Source: Chara braunii
Taxonomy: Eukaryota; Plantae; Charophyceae
Assembly (NCBI GenBank): GCA_003427395.1
Contig: BFEA01000010.1
Location: 2,497,202-2,561,201, forward strand
Reading direction: 5' to 3'
DNA length: 64,000 nucleotides
Below are positions 63,807 to 64,000 of this stretch, in pieces. A model generated the notes under the pieces. The model did not search any database, had not been told where the DNA came from, and was given only the letters and a program-made list of their open reading frames with translations. Numbering within the stretch: position 1 is the first letter of the stretch; every line of letters begins with the position of its first letter. The position numbers and the translations under genes are program-made.

Positions 63807-64000
63807 ATGACGATGAGACGCACTCGAACGTCGAGACGACCCACGCACCCTCGACCACCCACGGAAAGCAGTAACGGATGGGAGGTGTCACTCCCAGCGA
63901 GCTACAAGGTCCGAGGGATTGACACGGAATGGAGAGTTGTGACCTTGGGGAGGGATCAAACCTTCATAATGGTGAAATACCTATGGAGCGGCATGAGGTT
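63807..64000 (+). CDS. Start of a further paralog (partial, runs off the window)
   Basis: NGWEVSLPASYKVRGIDTEWRVVTLGRDQTFIMVKYLWSG aligns with ORF2 GGVEMTLPTRNEWRGTTCEWVGEAIASELSFLWVERVWNP. Confidence 0.6.
   Translation, partial: MTMRRTRTSRRPTHPRPPTESSNGWEVSLPASYKVRGIDTEWRVVTLGRDQTFIMVKYLWSGMR

Larger units (their letters stand above)
52700..64000 (+). mobile_element. Right copy of the giant satellite- and ORF-bearing element (runs off the window; may begin near 50100)
   Basis: Inverted colinearity with the left copy. Confidence 0.8.

Overview
Eukaryotic, almost entirely repeat-derived DNA. No intact host gene, rRNA, tRNA or CRISPR array is recognisable. The style of the Ty3/gypsy elements suggests a plant or streptophyte alga such as Chara (inference only). 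Left part (1-27 kb) is a nest of decayed minus-strand LTR retrotransposons. Element A (2871-~9141) is gag-pol with the RT core deleted and a 1.2-kb TIR element (9-bp TSD) inserted in its integrase. Element B (9142-17732) is a chromovirus with a 934-bp LTR, tRNA-iMet PBS, PPT and chromodomain. Element C (17733-~26920) is a pol-less Athila-like element with a tRNA-Asp PBS and a ~4.1-kb LTR holding a captured NSF/SEC18 AAA-ATPase fragment. Right part (27-64 kb) holds two diverged, inverted copies of a very large repeat element (left ~27000-50035 minus, right ~52700->64000 plus). Each copy carries abutting 172/92/91-bp satellites, a CT/GA microsatellite, a ~3-kb conserved leader and a tightly packed array of at least three paralogous, intronless ~250-290-aa ORFs of an unrecognised family. 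ORF1 shows many synonymous differences between the copies. This cassette is the most interesting feature. Later insertions (TGTCG...CGACA elements of 9.1 kb and 447 bp, a 2.46-kb solo-LTR-like unit) interrupt the arms. All alignments and repeat periods were read by eye.
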